Shown here piece after piece: positions 45,882 to 57,665 of a stretch of 64,000 nucleotides of DNA. The notes beneath the pieces were generated by a model. It searched no databases. It was not told the origin of the DNA and saw only the letters and a program-made list of their open reading frames with translations. The first letter of the stretch is position 1. Each line of letters begins with the position of its first letter. The position numbers and the translations under genes were made by a program. The stretch is from Dudresnaya verticillata (Eukaryota), in contig OZ374562.1 of assembly GCA_977862235.1 (NCBI GenBank), positions 1,426,001 through 1,490,000 of the forward strand, read 5' to 3'.

Positions 45882-47455
45882 GGAATACGCACCCTCTTGT
45901 GACGAATGATGACTTTATTGGTCTCGGTGGCGATCAACAATGGTGAGTCTGGCTTGTCTGTTTACCGATTCCGAACTGGCGTGAGTCGGAGAAGATGCGC
46001 TGTTGAGTCGTTGGCTGCTTGAGGACTGTTGTGGGTGCGGTGTCTTGCACTTCCGACCTTCAGGTACAAAAGTTTACAAGCTTGACAATAGGAAGAGTTG
46101 GGTTGCGACTGCGCTGCGAAATTTGGGAAGGAAGCACGCGCTTGCGGCTTTCCTGGTGCCATTAATGCTTGTCTGATGGAAGCCGAGAGCCTACCTTGGG
46201 TTTCATCATCCTCCCAGCTAACAATTACAGCATCTCGTTGAGTCTTGCCATGCTCCCGTTGACCAGCTCGCTCAAATAGAGTAAAAGTAAATACTTTCCT
46301 AGCTACTGGTTGTTCACTCGTGATCTTGTGGGCCTTGTCCGGTGCGTCTTGCGGCCTTGCATCGTGCATCCAGGCGGAGAGCGCAAGCTGCAGAAAGCGT
46401 AACATTGAGTCGGCAGAAAAGGCCGAAATGCATTGTCTGGTGCACCTGCGCCTGAAGTGGTCATCACTTTGCACGGATTGTTCTGATCGCTTGGACAAAC
46501 AAACGACGCGCTTACGAATGAAGAACCGAGGCTAACAACAGTGCGTTTTATGTAGGACGGACGGGGGGGTCGGTGGATAACCGCGTCCCGAATTGCTCTG
46601 TGGGCGAAGGATGCTTCTTTCGCTCAGTATCGTCCCTGTAGAGGGGGCGGATGGCGTGATTACACGAACATAAGATGCAATGGCAATCCAATTCTCGTCG
46701 CTTTTGGCGCCTCGTTAAATGAGTTTTCGTCATCTCCGACAAAAGATGCCGCGCGGTCACGCGATGTCTAAGTTAGAGAGTAACAGCACCAACTCATTGT
46801 TGGCATGCCATTTCCTTGAGCATCATTCATCCTCTCCACTCTGTGAACGGGTCCTCAAGCTATCCCCCGATGCTTTGGCCATCGGGTAAGATATGTATGG
46901 CTGGAGCTTGGACGTCGTCCGTAGAGCCAGTCCGCCCGTGATTGCACCTATAGGTAAGATACGTATAGCTGAGTTGCTGGATGCCTTCTCTTTCTTGCCG
47001 GTCGTTTCGCTTGTGCTGAACGACAAAGCAGCGACATGTGCGATGGAGATGCAAATGTAAGGCGCGTACTGTAAGTACCGTGCCATACAAACCACAATTT
47101 AGTGTGGTCAACGCGGCGAGTGCCTTTCAGCTGCGACCCAACCCTTAACGTACCGTACGATGCTTCTGCTGCTTGAGGAGAGCGACCTCTGCATCGGCTT
47201 GCCGTGGTGCTAGTAGTGCCTGCATTCTGTCAAACAAGCCCTGCCGCGAGAAACAAGCACTTATCTCGTTTCTTGTCCCGGTTGTTCCGCCCCCAATCGC
47301 CACACATCGGACACAGACGCGTTATCCCAAAAACTCCGCCCGGTACCGGTCCTCCTAATTGAGCCCAAACAGTCGCATCTACTCAACCTAAAACGGAATG
47401 CGTGCCAGACCATTCTTCACAGAGCAACCTCGCTCGCGACCCCAGGTACACCACC

Positions 47456-48358
47456 ATGCTAGCCCTAACAGTGCAAAAGCACCCGCTCAAAACTGCTATC
47501 TTGGGCATGCTTTTCTTGCTCCTACCGTCTCTTCTCTTCTTCTCCTGGTCTGACCCTCGTAGCCAACCGCACGCTGTCCTCTCCCGCGCGGAGCCGTTCG
47601 ACCAGAGCCAACGATTCCAGTCATTTAAGGAGCATGTGTACAAAAAGTTGTTCTACCTCAAAACTCACAAGACAGGCTCCTCCACAGTTGGCTCCTCTCT
47701 GCGCGCCTACGTCCGCCGGCATCACATGCGCAACTTTGCAGGAAAGGGTGATGTCTACTATACCATGAACAACACAGCCTCAAATATTGTGGACGCCATC
47801 ACAACCCACCACTTCTCGTTTGACAGGAAAGTCATTCGCTCGTACCTCGGCGGCGACCCACAGCTCACGGTGACCAGTCTGCGACTTCCGCTACAGAGAC
47901 AACTGTCATGGTTCCGCCAGCAGAACCGCCAGTTTGAGAAGATACGGTGCAATGGGAAGAAGAACGAAAGACTGCTGAACTTCTTTGACAGGTGGCAGGA
48001 TAAGAGGGTAGGAGCGCAATATGCCACGCTGCAGGAGCGGAGTAACCGTGATAGACTAGAGGGCGACACTCGCGCCATTCTGGACCAGTTCGACTTTGTG
48101 TTCCTCAAGGAACGGATGCGTGAGAGCTATGAGTGTTTCTGTCGGAAATACCAGGTGCGATTATGCGACGCGAAGAGGTCCCTTCGCGTAGTCAACAAAC
48201 GAGCGGAAGGGAGCTGTGTCATGGCGCAGTTACTCAAGTACCGAAGCGGCGCACTCGAGCAGGGAAACGAGAAGGACATGCTCTTGTACGAAGCCGTGCA
48301 GTCGGACTTGTCGAAGTGCATGATTGGGATGCCCAAAGAGTGCCAATGTCGGGAATAG
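47456..48358 (+). CDS. Type II membrane sulfotransferase, galactose-3-O-sulfotransferase-like, 300 aa
   Basis: N-terminal hydrophobic anchor; 5'-PAPS motif FYLKTHKTGSST; 3'-PAPS motif LRLPLQRQLSWF; FDFVFLKERMRES. Confidence 0.85.
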   Translation: MLALTVQKHPLKTAILGMLFLLLPSLLFFSWSDPRSQPHAVLSRAEPFDQSQRFQSFKEHVYKKLFYLKTHKTGSSTVGSSLRAYVRRHHMRNFAGKGDVYYTMNNTASNIVDAITTHHFSFDRKVIRSYLGGDPQLTVTSLRLPLQRQLSWFRQQNRQFEKIRCNGKKNERLLNFFDRWQDKRVGAQYATLQERSNRDRLEGDTRAILDQFDFVFLKERMRESYECFCRKYQVRLCDAKRSLRVVNKRAEGSCVMAQLLKYRSGALEQGNEKDMLLYEAVQSDLSKCMIGMPKECQCRE

Positions 48359-49055
48359 AGAAAGCTCGTGACGGGGAGCAAATACAATGTGCTGGAGTTG
48401 CTGCGGCACTTGGGCTGTTAGCGTACACGCAACACAATTGCGTCTTGGGACGCAGACAGCATGTCTGCCGCTGCCCTGAGCCTGTTTGCCTTCAAGTATG
48501 GACCTCAAGGTCCTCATAGACGTCATCAGCTGACGGGGCTTCTCCCGTCGCAAGATGAGCAGGATAGTGTACCCCTATCGGTAGCCTTTTCGGCGTTCGA
48601 GATGGGGTTTGACTCTGCCAGAGGCGCCCAAAGCATGCGACCTTTTCACGAAGGGCAAGCAACAAAACACAAGACGATTCGCTCTTCCATTAACGCACCA
48701 CACAATGGACACAAACCGAGCGCGCCTACTTACCCAGCGCAGTTTCGTCAACCGCAGTCCCGAAATTGGTCGAGACAATGGCTCCTATCTGAAGAGCCGC
48801 GGGCGGTGCCATGACGTCGCAACTGCTGAGTAAGCATCCAGCTGCTTTTTGTTCTTGTACGCAAGGCTACAGTGTTGCAAGCACGAGGCGCAGCGTGCGG
48901 TACCGGCGCCTTGCGGAGCATTCTCTGCGAGCAGCGGATACCACATGCAAAGCACATTCCATGCACACAAAACATTCGGGCCCGCACGAACAACGCGCAA
49001 GAGCCCGTGCAGCAACGTAGCGCGCGCGTGGCGGGTGGCAGCGGTCTCGACGGCG

Positions 49056-49162
49056 CAGGCGCGGTATAGACTGCGAACGTGCTTGCGCGACGCCGCGGAC
49101 CCGAGGCGCAGGCGCGGTAGAGTGCGAACGTGCTTGCGCGAAGCCGCGGACCCGAGGCGCAG
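49056..49162 (+). repeat. ~51-bp tandem duplication in a GC-rich tract
   Basis: GCAGGCGCGGTA..GA.TGCGAACGTGCTTGCGCGA.GCCGCGGACCCGAGGC occurs twice. Confidence 0.8.
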
Positions 49163-51852
49163 TCAGCGGAGCGGCGTGGCGTGGCTGTGGTGCCCGGGCG
49201 TTGCGCTGCGATTGGCGCCGGCCATTTCGATGCGGCGCGCGAGCGGCGAGGGGTGCTCGCAGGCAAAGTTGACCGCGCAGGCGGCGGGAGGAGGGAACGA
49301 CGATGCCGGCGTTCTCTTGCGAGGTGGCGAAGCTCGCGGCGTTGGACTTGCGCGTGCGTGCGACCGTAGTGTGGAAGGCGGTGGTGGATGACCGGCGGGT
49401 TTATCGAGTCGGCTTTGTTGTTGGGCGGCACCACAACAGTACAAGTCGAAGGCGACTGTGCACGAGAGGGATCGAATCGATCAGAGAGTTAGTTACAGTT
49501 GTGCAATTGTAATTTGCAATTGCAATTGCAATTACACGGACGTCGATATCATCACCAATTGCGCCGAAAATTACTTCTCGCAGTAATTAATTACTTCTCC
49601 GCCGTCCGCTCCGGCAGCCGTCGCTTTCGGCCGGCTAGAAAGTACTTGAAAGTTTTCCATCTCCCTCACCAACCTCTTCCGCCAACACACACGCGCGCGC
49701 CCATCCCCTTGGAACCGCAACGCCCCGCCCTCTGCGCCGCCGCCTCGAAGCGCTCCACCGGAGAAAAAACAGGTAATGGTGCGGTAGGCGGCGGCTCAGC
49801 GGTGCGGCGGCCACATCGGCGACACAGTTCACGTCCGGCGGCGGCCTTTCCACCGCCGCCTCGGACTCTTTCAAGTTCGCCAGAGCAAACGTCGCGTGCA
49901 CTAAAACCGTGCGGGCTGCCTGTGCGGTGGCACCCGCGCGACCTACTGTACGTACAACCTTCGCGAAACCCCTTGGGCATCGCGCGCTTTGCGCGCTGTG
50001 CTGCGGCTGGAGATCGTCATATTTTTCGGACGCCGCAGTCCTTCGGTGGGCATCGTCAATGCGGCCCCGGTGGGAGTCGGGTGCAGAATGCACTGAGACC
50101 GCATCAGCATGTTGGATGTCCTTTGCATGCGCCCACCCGTCACGAGGCGCGATAGCGATGAGAACCGCGCTTGTAGCGACCGTGCCGTAGTGTTCCTGGA
50201 AAGCAAAGGAGTAAGCACCGGGGATGCGCAACAGATTCCTGGGCAGTGTCTTGTTACGGAGGCGTGCACTGGTCTATGCTTGGGTTCGCAACCGAGGGCA
50301 GTCTCGACGGCACATGGGGGGCAGGTCTAGCTAGGTTCCATGATCTGCTGCCCGGGCTCCGTTTGAGACTCGGGCAATGCCGCACCATTGGTCTGTGAGC
50401 AAAGGTACGTGTCGCTTGTGCTTGCTGCTCCCCTTGCATGCATCTCGCCGGCGTAGGACGCTTTGGAGGTTTGATGTGAATTTCGTTCTGTCATTGACGA
50501 GTCATTGGCACTGCTCGCAGGGAAAGCAATTGCATGCAGCCATCGAAACCGTCCTCGGCACTTCTCGCTGGAACACCAATTGTCTCCATGCCCGGCGTCT
50601 AGTCGTGGAAGCGTTATCGGGATTGCGCGTGCGAAAACGAATGTGGCTTCCTTTTTGTAGTAAGGACGCGAATACAGTCAAGTAGCAGCGAGTCTACACA
50701 AGTAGCGCAACAGCACCAAAGCGCATCAACTAACGTGCAGCAGCCGGTCTCGTACTGAGTGTGACCCCGTCTTCTGGCAGGAACGCGAGAGGCGAGCAGC
50801 GTCCACGATTCCGAGGTCAGCAAAACGAACACAGCTGTCATGAGCGGTTGTGCCATAGCGTGTTCTGTTCGAGACCCCCAAGTCGGCAGTCAAAACCTTG
50901 GACAACACGGGTGTGTGTGTGCGGCAGAAAAGGCCCCAAGTTCGGCGAAGACCCAAGAGCTTGGCGCCGGACGGCGTGCTCGTATGGTCGTTGTGTCACA
51001 TCAGCATCAGCAGGACGAAGCACCGAAGCGACTGCGTCGGCTGGCACTGCGCGGTGACATCAGCCAATGGAAAGGTGCCCGGAGCGCGCCACGCAAGCGT
51101 GACGGTGGAGAAAGCCGCTCGCGCTCCGAAAGTCCCACGGTCCACATGCAGCCGCCTCCATATGGCAGTCACCCGCCGAGGTTGGTCCGGGCCATATGGC
51201 ACTCGACACCACCTCCTAACATTGCTTCGCGCTGCCCCCGCCTTCTCCTCGACGCTTGCCGCCGCGCGTGTTGGTGGCGCTGTCCTCTCGCGGCGCACGC
51301 TGCGTGCACGCCAGCGCCTCCGCTTCTCGCGTCTCTGCTGCTGCTCGCATTTTGCGCGTTTTGCGCCGTACGTCGCGCATGCGCAGTGCGCAAGTCGGTT
51401 TGGAGCCCTGCGTTGCTACGTCTTCTCGTCTGGACAGCCGGCAAAGAGCGGCGCTATAGATTCTTCGCGGTTTGTGCAATGTGAATTTGTTGCTGTTGTT
51501 TACCGTGCTGGAGTATCATCTGTGATCTGTAACAGACCCAGCGACTCGGTTTTCAATATGCATAATGTACGATAAAACCACTCCACCCCTATGATACATC
51601 ATGTGTCTTGTAGCATTCAACCATCACCGTTACGTTCACGGTAGTGCCAAGCAGCTAAACCTCTTCTCAGAGCAACGCGAAGAACCAAAGGGCTTCCAAA
51701 ACAAAACTTGACGAGCATCTTTTACATGCAACCAGCTACAGTCAACCTTAAGCCACAGCCGATCAACAACGCAGCCCCACGCCCTCGACGCAACCAGAGA
51801 AGAAGGAAGAAAAAAAAACTCTATTCTAAAACACTCTTTGCTTTGCCCAACC

Positions 51853-52815
51853 TTATTCGTAGCCATCCGACCGCGTGTACATCTTTGTCCTGGTCGTCGT
51901 CCACGCCATGCCCCACGAGAAACCCATTTTGCAGAACCCTTCCTTGGCCGCGGACAGCACCGTGCGCACCCCAGCAAAGAGCCCCTTCCACACCGTTTTG
52001 CGCTCCTGTGGCTCAGGTACGGGCTTCTTCGGCTTGGTGACGTCCTCCTCTTCAGGGATATAGTAGGACCCATAGAAGCTGCTCGACGCCGCTGTCGTCG
52101 TCGTGTAGTCGCTCTCGCCAGTCAACCGCGGCTCCATGAGCTCAGCGCCCGCACAGTACTCGTCCCATTTCAGCGGCTTCATGTCCACCGAGAGAGTGTC
52201 GGAGTAGTCCATCTTCACGTCCGTTTGCGGCGTAATGCTGAACAAAAGCTTCTTTCGCAGCCGGCGGGACCGAAACGAAGAGACTGGAGAAACGAGAACC
52301 ATCTTGCTGTGGTATGGAGTGGACGTGGGGGAGAGGCAGTGCTTCAGCAGCTGGGACAGTATGCGTGGAGAGCGTTGACGACTTTGAGGGCCAAGAAGCG
52401 TAGGGAAGATCGTCTGAACCAGTTGCTTGCAGCTTCGGCCGTGGTCGCGAGTCGGTGTGCTTGCGGTCGGTCGAAGCTCGAGCTTGCAAGGCAGATGCGG
52501 CTGGTGGGGGGGGACGCTCCCGCACCGGACGGCAGCTTTACGTGCTTATGTGCCCATGTTGACTGTGGGGCATAGCGGGACGAACGCCGCCTAGACCAGG
52601 AAGCAAGCGTCGAGACATCATCGTTCAGAAGAGCTTCAAAGATGGCTTGTTTCGCACGGCTCCGGAGCTCGATTGAAGGCTTGGGCGGCGCTGCCGGCCT
52701 GAAGCTCTGCCCAGCATATTCGCGTGACAAGCGCCTCCGTCAAGGCATTGCGAGGTGCCGCGAGGACAGAGCTGGTGCAGGAGAACTAGCATTGGCGGTA
52801 TCCGCTGGTTGAGAC
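51853..52815 (-). pseudogene. Possible disrupted hypothetical gene
   Basis: Three overlapping protein-like minus frames (52344-52730, 52142-52525, 51853-52302) and an upstream ATG followed by an in-frame TGA; no recognisable domain. Confidence 0.3.
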
Positions 52816-55562
52816 ACGGAAGTGGCGTCAATCATGTTGTTTTAGCGTGACGACTAGAAATTCGGACAGCGCCGACGGCAGAGCTACCAGTCAAGCGTAA
52901 GATGCCGTAGCCGGCTTGCTCCAGTTCTCGTCGTGGCGTCCAGTCGCCTTCCCCAATCAGACCGTCCCGTCGCCACAAAGTGCATTGGACGCCTGCTCGG
53001 CGGGAGCCGCAGCAGCGCATCGGCTCGGGAGGAAAATTGTCCATGCAAACTGGTTCATTCCTCTCTCCTGGTCTCATTTGATGCATATCTCGGGTTCCAC
53101 CCCGCAATAATCCTCCTGCAGTGAGATTGGCAGCGCGCAGTGAATTGGGTCGCCTTCAATCTTCTTCTTGCCGTGCTTTGTGCCACTCCAGAAGAGCTCT
53201 GCCATGGTTATGGAGGACGATAGAAGATGTCCAGACTGCAATACTCCATTGAGTAGAGCTTAAAGGCCTTGCACGACTTGGCCGCTGGCGTAATATTGTC
53301 CTACACATCCTTTTACCGCACAAAACGTCGGTCCGGGTCCTCGCGCACTGCTGCTTCCCCCAATGCGCCACGCCTCTTTACCCTACATTGTTTACAGGGA
53401 GGTGCATTATGCTCCAGTGGAGTAGTGTCTGATGGGAGAACAGATCATGGAAGCGTCTATCTTTCTCCGACACGACCAGAAACATTTCTGGCCTCCCGTG
53501 TGTTCGACATTTCTGGAAATGTCGAACACACGGGAGGCCCTACTACTGAGTTCGTAGTGGAGAATGTTTCAGCAGAAGAGGGAGGCATACCAAATGTTTT
53601 GAATGCTCCGAACAGCACGCTCCTTCTTTTTTCGACACTTTCGCGATGGACCAGTGCTGCAGCTTGCCGCTCGGTGTGTCAAGGCTATAGCATGCTTTCG
53701 CAAGGCCGAAAATAGATAACACGCAATCGCATCTCTTCACCCACAGTTGCATTACAATGTCATGTGCGCGATGTCTTGACCTCGTCTGAGATATGGTATC
53801 GCAGCTTCGCCAAAGTCCGCCCAACCCATCGTGCGGCAATATTAATACCAGTCAGATTGCTTGCGCTAGTCTCGCGATGTGCAATTTGGCTCAGCTAGGA
53901 GTATCGCCCGCTGTGCCACACGGCATGTAACAGTACGTATGTGGTGAAGTGATTCCTGGGAAACACAGCTAAATTCTCGGCAAAGGCCGACGTGTCTTCC
54001 CTTCGACTTATAGCCTATTCAGTCCAGTGCAAGTGCAGAGGTTGACACATCTCTTTAATTGCTCCTGAGAACATCGCAGTGAAGAGAACCACCTTCCTTC
54101 ACGTAGTGTACCTCCTTCCGACATTAACGCAAACAGGATCTGTCGCCACAATCTGCCGTCACAATCTACCGCATTCGCAGTAAACGTTTCCTCTCCTGTA
54201 TTGGCTATGTAGCGTAAGCTGGGCGGGAAATGAAGGAATAATCTCTATTTGAATGAATCCGCGCGATCCCAAGCGCAAGTCTATCGTGAGGGATTTTCCC
54301 CAGCTTTAGCAGAGTCAACTATCGAAGCCAAACATCATCACGTGTAAGACTGGGTATTACAGTATTCAGGATTTATGCAAGGGGAGCAAGTTGTTGCACA
54401 ATCTTCGACAAGCAATCATCAAGTTCCTTATTAGGTAAAGAAGAAAACTTTTAGCACCGGACATGGCGACCGATAATGTCCATCTGCTCTTGCAAATGCC
54501 AGTTTCAGTAAGGCGAAGACGTCCTTTCAGTTCTTAACATTTGTGCGATAACTGCTTTGGATAAACTTGTTTCTTCACATTCAGTCACGTTGCGGCAGTG
54601 CCCACCTGTAATGCGTAATACTTGTGCCCTCTCTCTCATTGTTGTTACGTGAAAGTACCGTTTCGATGCAGCACAACGTCCAACCTGATACTAACAACTC
54701 GTGGACTTCACAGAGGTAAACGTCTGTACATTGCACTATGTGGGAAAGGGTGTACAGAATCGATTTGAGGAGAAAGACTCAAAATTGCTGCGTCACTCTC
54801 GAGTGTGTCTGTGAACGATTGCACGGGTGAACTGCAAATATCGTTACTGTGATGGTTGTCTTGAAGACTGCTTTTGATTTTATTGAGAACGCTTTGGTTG
54901 ACGGACTCTAGTTGCACGTCCTTACTGATCCTCCTGAGTTGAGTTTAAAACATTCCTGCAAAGCTACGGTCCTTCGCTTTGCCGCAACTCATGTACTCGC
55001 TGCTTTCGTATTTCCAATAAACCATTGACATTACTTTTTAATGCATTGCACACAGCAGTCCAGTGCAACAGGATAATGTACGCAACTGCAGCCTTGCGTG
55101 TTACCCTTCATACTCTGAGCGGGTTTTCTTCCAGTTTGTTTCATGCTTTCTGTATTCTTAAAACTCTGTCAAGTTCAGCAGCGTTCTTGCGCTGTAAGAG
55201 AAAGCAGCTGGGGAAACCTTCGCAGTCACAGAGAAGAACTCGTGCAGTAGTGGTCCGCGTTGAGAGCGATTCCATATAACCGTAGAAAAGCAAGAGCGAA
55301 AGTAGCTAGTCTATTCAGTTTGGAAACCTCCAATCCCCGGAAGCGTCTTTCACTGTGGCTGTCAATCAGATACGCATAACAGTTGGACTCAAGGCCCGAA
55401 CTGTCGGGGTGAGACAAGGGGGTTTCGGAAGAGCTCAAACGTTTCAGCCTCATGATTCAAAAAATTTGTAGCTTGCAACTCACCTGTAGGTGCGTCCTGT
55501 TAGAAACCCAGGTCTGAACCTTGAGGTGTCGGCATGGGAGTCTCAATCGTTCTCGCCTTTGC

Positions 55563-57665
55563 CTATTTCTTAAAGTTTATAGAAGAAGTGATCATGTAAA
55601 GAGCCCCGTTTCGCTTGCTGCTGAAGATGATACTTCCGTCGGCAGTCGTTCCAAACCTGACATCATTCCGCCTAACCCCTCTTCGCGGAGGATCAAAGCG
55701 GATGATTTCTCTCAAATTGTCCACTTCAACCATTGGGGTCTTTCTGTCTCCGTCATGGTCATAGAACAGTCGTGGTGCATACGTCGACGCCTGTGTGAGA
55801 TCCTCTGGATTGCCAGTAACCACCGCCGCCCGCATTTCGTCCAGTTTCGAATAGAACAGCCTCCCAGGACCGCCAAAGTTGGCATACAGAATCAGTCCGT
55901 CTAATCTTGAACCATTCTCGATTGGGCAGCTTCCGGCAAGCGCCATTTTCGTCAAGGAGTCCCCAAACGCTCCAAAATGTCCGACCACAGCACTAGGGTA
56001 TATATATCCATACTTTGCGTCATCCGCCGGTAATGGTCCAGCACCCTTCGACACACCTTTGCCCTTGTGCACAAACGGTCCTTCTCTTTCTGACCATCCG
56101 TAATTCCCTCCCGACACAACGATATTGATCTCCTCGACATTGTCCCTCCCAACATCGACTACAAATAGCTCGCCCCTCTTGCTGAAACAGATATTGTGCG
56201 GGTTTCTGAATCCATAAGCGTAAATTTCATCCAAGAACCTCGAGTCCCCTACGAAAGGGTTCGTTGCTGGGACCGTGTATGGCAGATTCCCTTTTTGCAG
56301 TGGGTTGATGCGGAGAATTTTGCCAAGCCCATCATTCCCCTGTCCCCCACCGGCTGTGGCAGACTGCTCCGAGCCGTCCCCGTGTGCAATATACAGCAGC
56401 TCCCCGTTGAACGCCATCTGCCGAACGGGATGATCGTATTTTGGCACACCGATCCGGAGGATCTCACGGTGCGTACCCGGAATTGGCTTTCCCGACCTTG
56501 GATGAGCTCGCCATTCCATGACAACGCTATCAGCCGGGATTTTTCTCGGATCCTTTGGGCGCTTTTCAGGATCGGTGTCGGATAGGTAGACTACGTTACT
56601 AGCATTCCCTGTTGGACGCACCATCATCGCGGCAACGTAGAAGAGTTGGTTCTTGTTGAAATCAGGGTGAAAAGCGACGGATCGAAGGCCGCCGTGTACA
56701 GCGTTCACAAAGTCCATTGATTGTCCTACTGACCTCAAGGCGGCATTCACATCGAACCACTTCCGCACCTTCCCAGAGTAGGAAACCTTGTAGATGATCC
56801 CCACCGTGCTAGCACAGACGTAGAGGAATCGATTCTCGAAAGCGATGCCTGTGATCTTCGCTACCGATGACTTAGCTTGTGGGAGTGTGGTTAGTTTCCG
56901 CACATTGACTCGCAGTTTGGAAGGAATTATTGGTGCTGTGATTGGGTTGGTGACAGTTCCTGCTGGACTGGGATTCGAGCTACTGAGAGCTGGTGTAGGG
57001 CTCGTCGTCGGGCTGATGAGAGCTGCTGAAGGGCTGGATGTCGGGGTACTGAGAGCTGATGTTGGGCTTGACGTCGGGCTAACGGCAGCTGGTGTAGGGC
57101 TCGTCGTCGGGCTGGTGAGAGCTGCTGAAGGGCTGGATGTCGGGGTACTGAGAGCTGGTATCGGGCTCGACGTCGGGCTAGCGGCAGCTGGTGTAGGGCT
57201 CTTCGTCGGGCTGGTGAGAGCTGCTGAAGGGCTGGATGTCGGGGTACTGAGAGCTGATGTTGGGCTCGACGTCGGGCTAGTGGCAGCTGGTGTAGGGCTC
57301 GTCGTCGGGCTGGTGAGAGCTGCTGAAGGGCTGGATGTCGGGGTACTGAGAGCTGATGTTGGGCTCGACGTCGGGCTAACGGCAGCTGGTGTAGGGCTCG
57401 TCGTCGGGCTGATGAGAGCTGCTGAAGGGCTGGATGTCGGGGTACTGAGAGTTTGTGTAGTAGGGCTCGACGTCGGGCTGATGAGGGCTGGTGAAGGGCT
57501 GAATGTTGGGGTAATGAGAGCTGGTGTAGGGCTCGTCGTTAGGGTGTTGAGAGCTGGAGTAGGACTTGCCGTCTTGCCTTGCTGTGCGGCCACCGTTGTG
57601 ACAGCAATAGTCAGCACCAATACCTTAATTCCAGACATATCCAATGTTGTGGTTGAGAGTGACAT
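55563..57665 (-). CDS. Secreted glucose/sorbosone dehydrogenase-family (PQQ-type beta-propeller) protein with Ser/Thr/Pro stalk, 700 aa
   Basis: Signal peptide; GLRSVAFHPDF, LYIAHGDG, LGKILRINP, YTVPATNPF, EIYAYGFRNPH, DVG...EEIN...GGNYGW. Confidence 0.9.
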   Translation of the reverse strand: MSLSTTTLDMSGIKVLVLTIAVTTVAAQQGKTASPTPALNTLTTSPTPALITPTFSPSPALISPTSSPTTQTLSTPTSSPSAALISPTTSPTPAAVSPTSSPTSALSTPTSSPSAALTSPTTSPTPAATSPTSSPTSALSTPTSSPSAALTSPTKSPTPAAASPTSSPIPALSTPTSSPSAALTSPTTSPTPAAVSPTSSPTSALSTPTSSPSAALISPTTSPTPALSSSNPSPAGTVTNPITAPIIPSKLRVNVRKLTTLPQAKSSVAKITGIAFENRFLYVCASTVGIIYKVSYSGKVRKWFDVNAALRSVGQSMDFVNAVHGGLRSVAFHPDFNKNQLFYVAAMMVRPTGNASNVVYLSDTDPEKRPKDPRKIPADSVVMEWRAHPRSGKPIPGTHREILRIGVPKYDHPVRQMAFNGELLYIAHGDGSEQSATAGGGQGNDGLGKILRINPLQKGNLPYTVPATNPFVGDSRFLDEIYAYGFRNPHNICFSKRGELFVVDVGRDNVEEINIVVSGGNYGWSEREGPFVHKGKGVSKGAGPLPADDAKYGYIYPSAVVGHFGAFGDSLTKMALAGSCPIENGSRLDGLILYANFGGPGRLFYSKLDEMRAAVVTGNPEDLTQASTYAPRLFYDHDGDRKTPMVEVDNLREIIRFDPPRRGVRRNDVRFGTTADGSIIFSSKRNGALYMITSSINFKK
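56978..57565 (-). repeat. Coding tandem array: 33-bp units grouped into 99-bp higher-order repeats
   Basis: TPTSSPSAAL(T/I)-SPTTSPTPAA(V/T/A)-SPTSSPTSALS repeated about 5 times. Confidence 0.9.

Noticed and set aside
53150..55500. Possible decayed gene or transposon
   Set aside because: All frames are interrupted, and no motif or terminal repeat could be supported.
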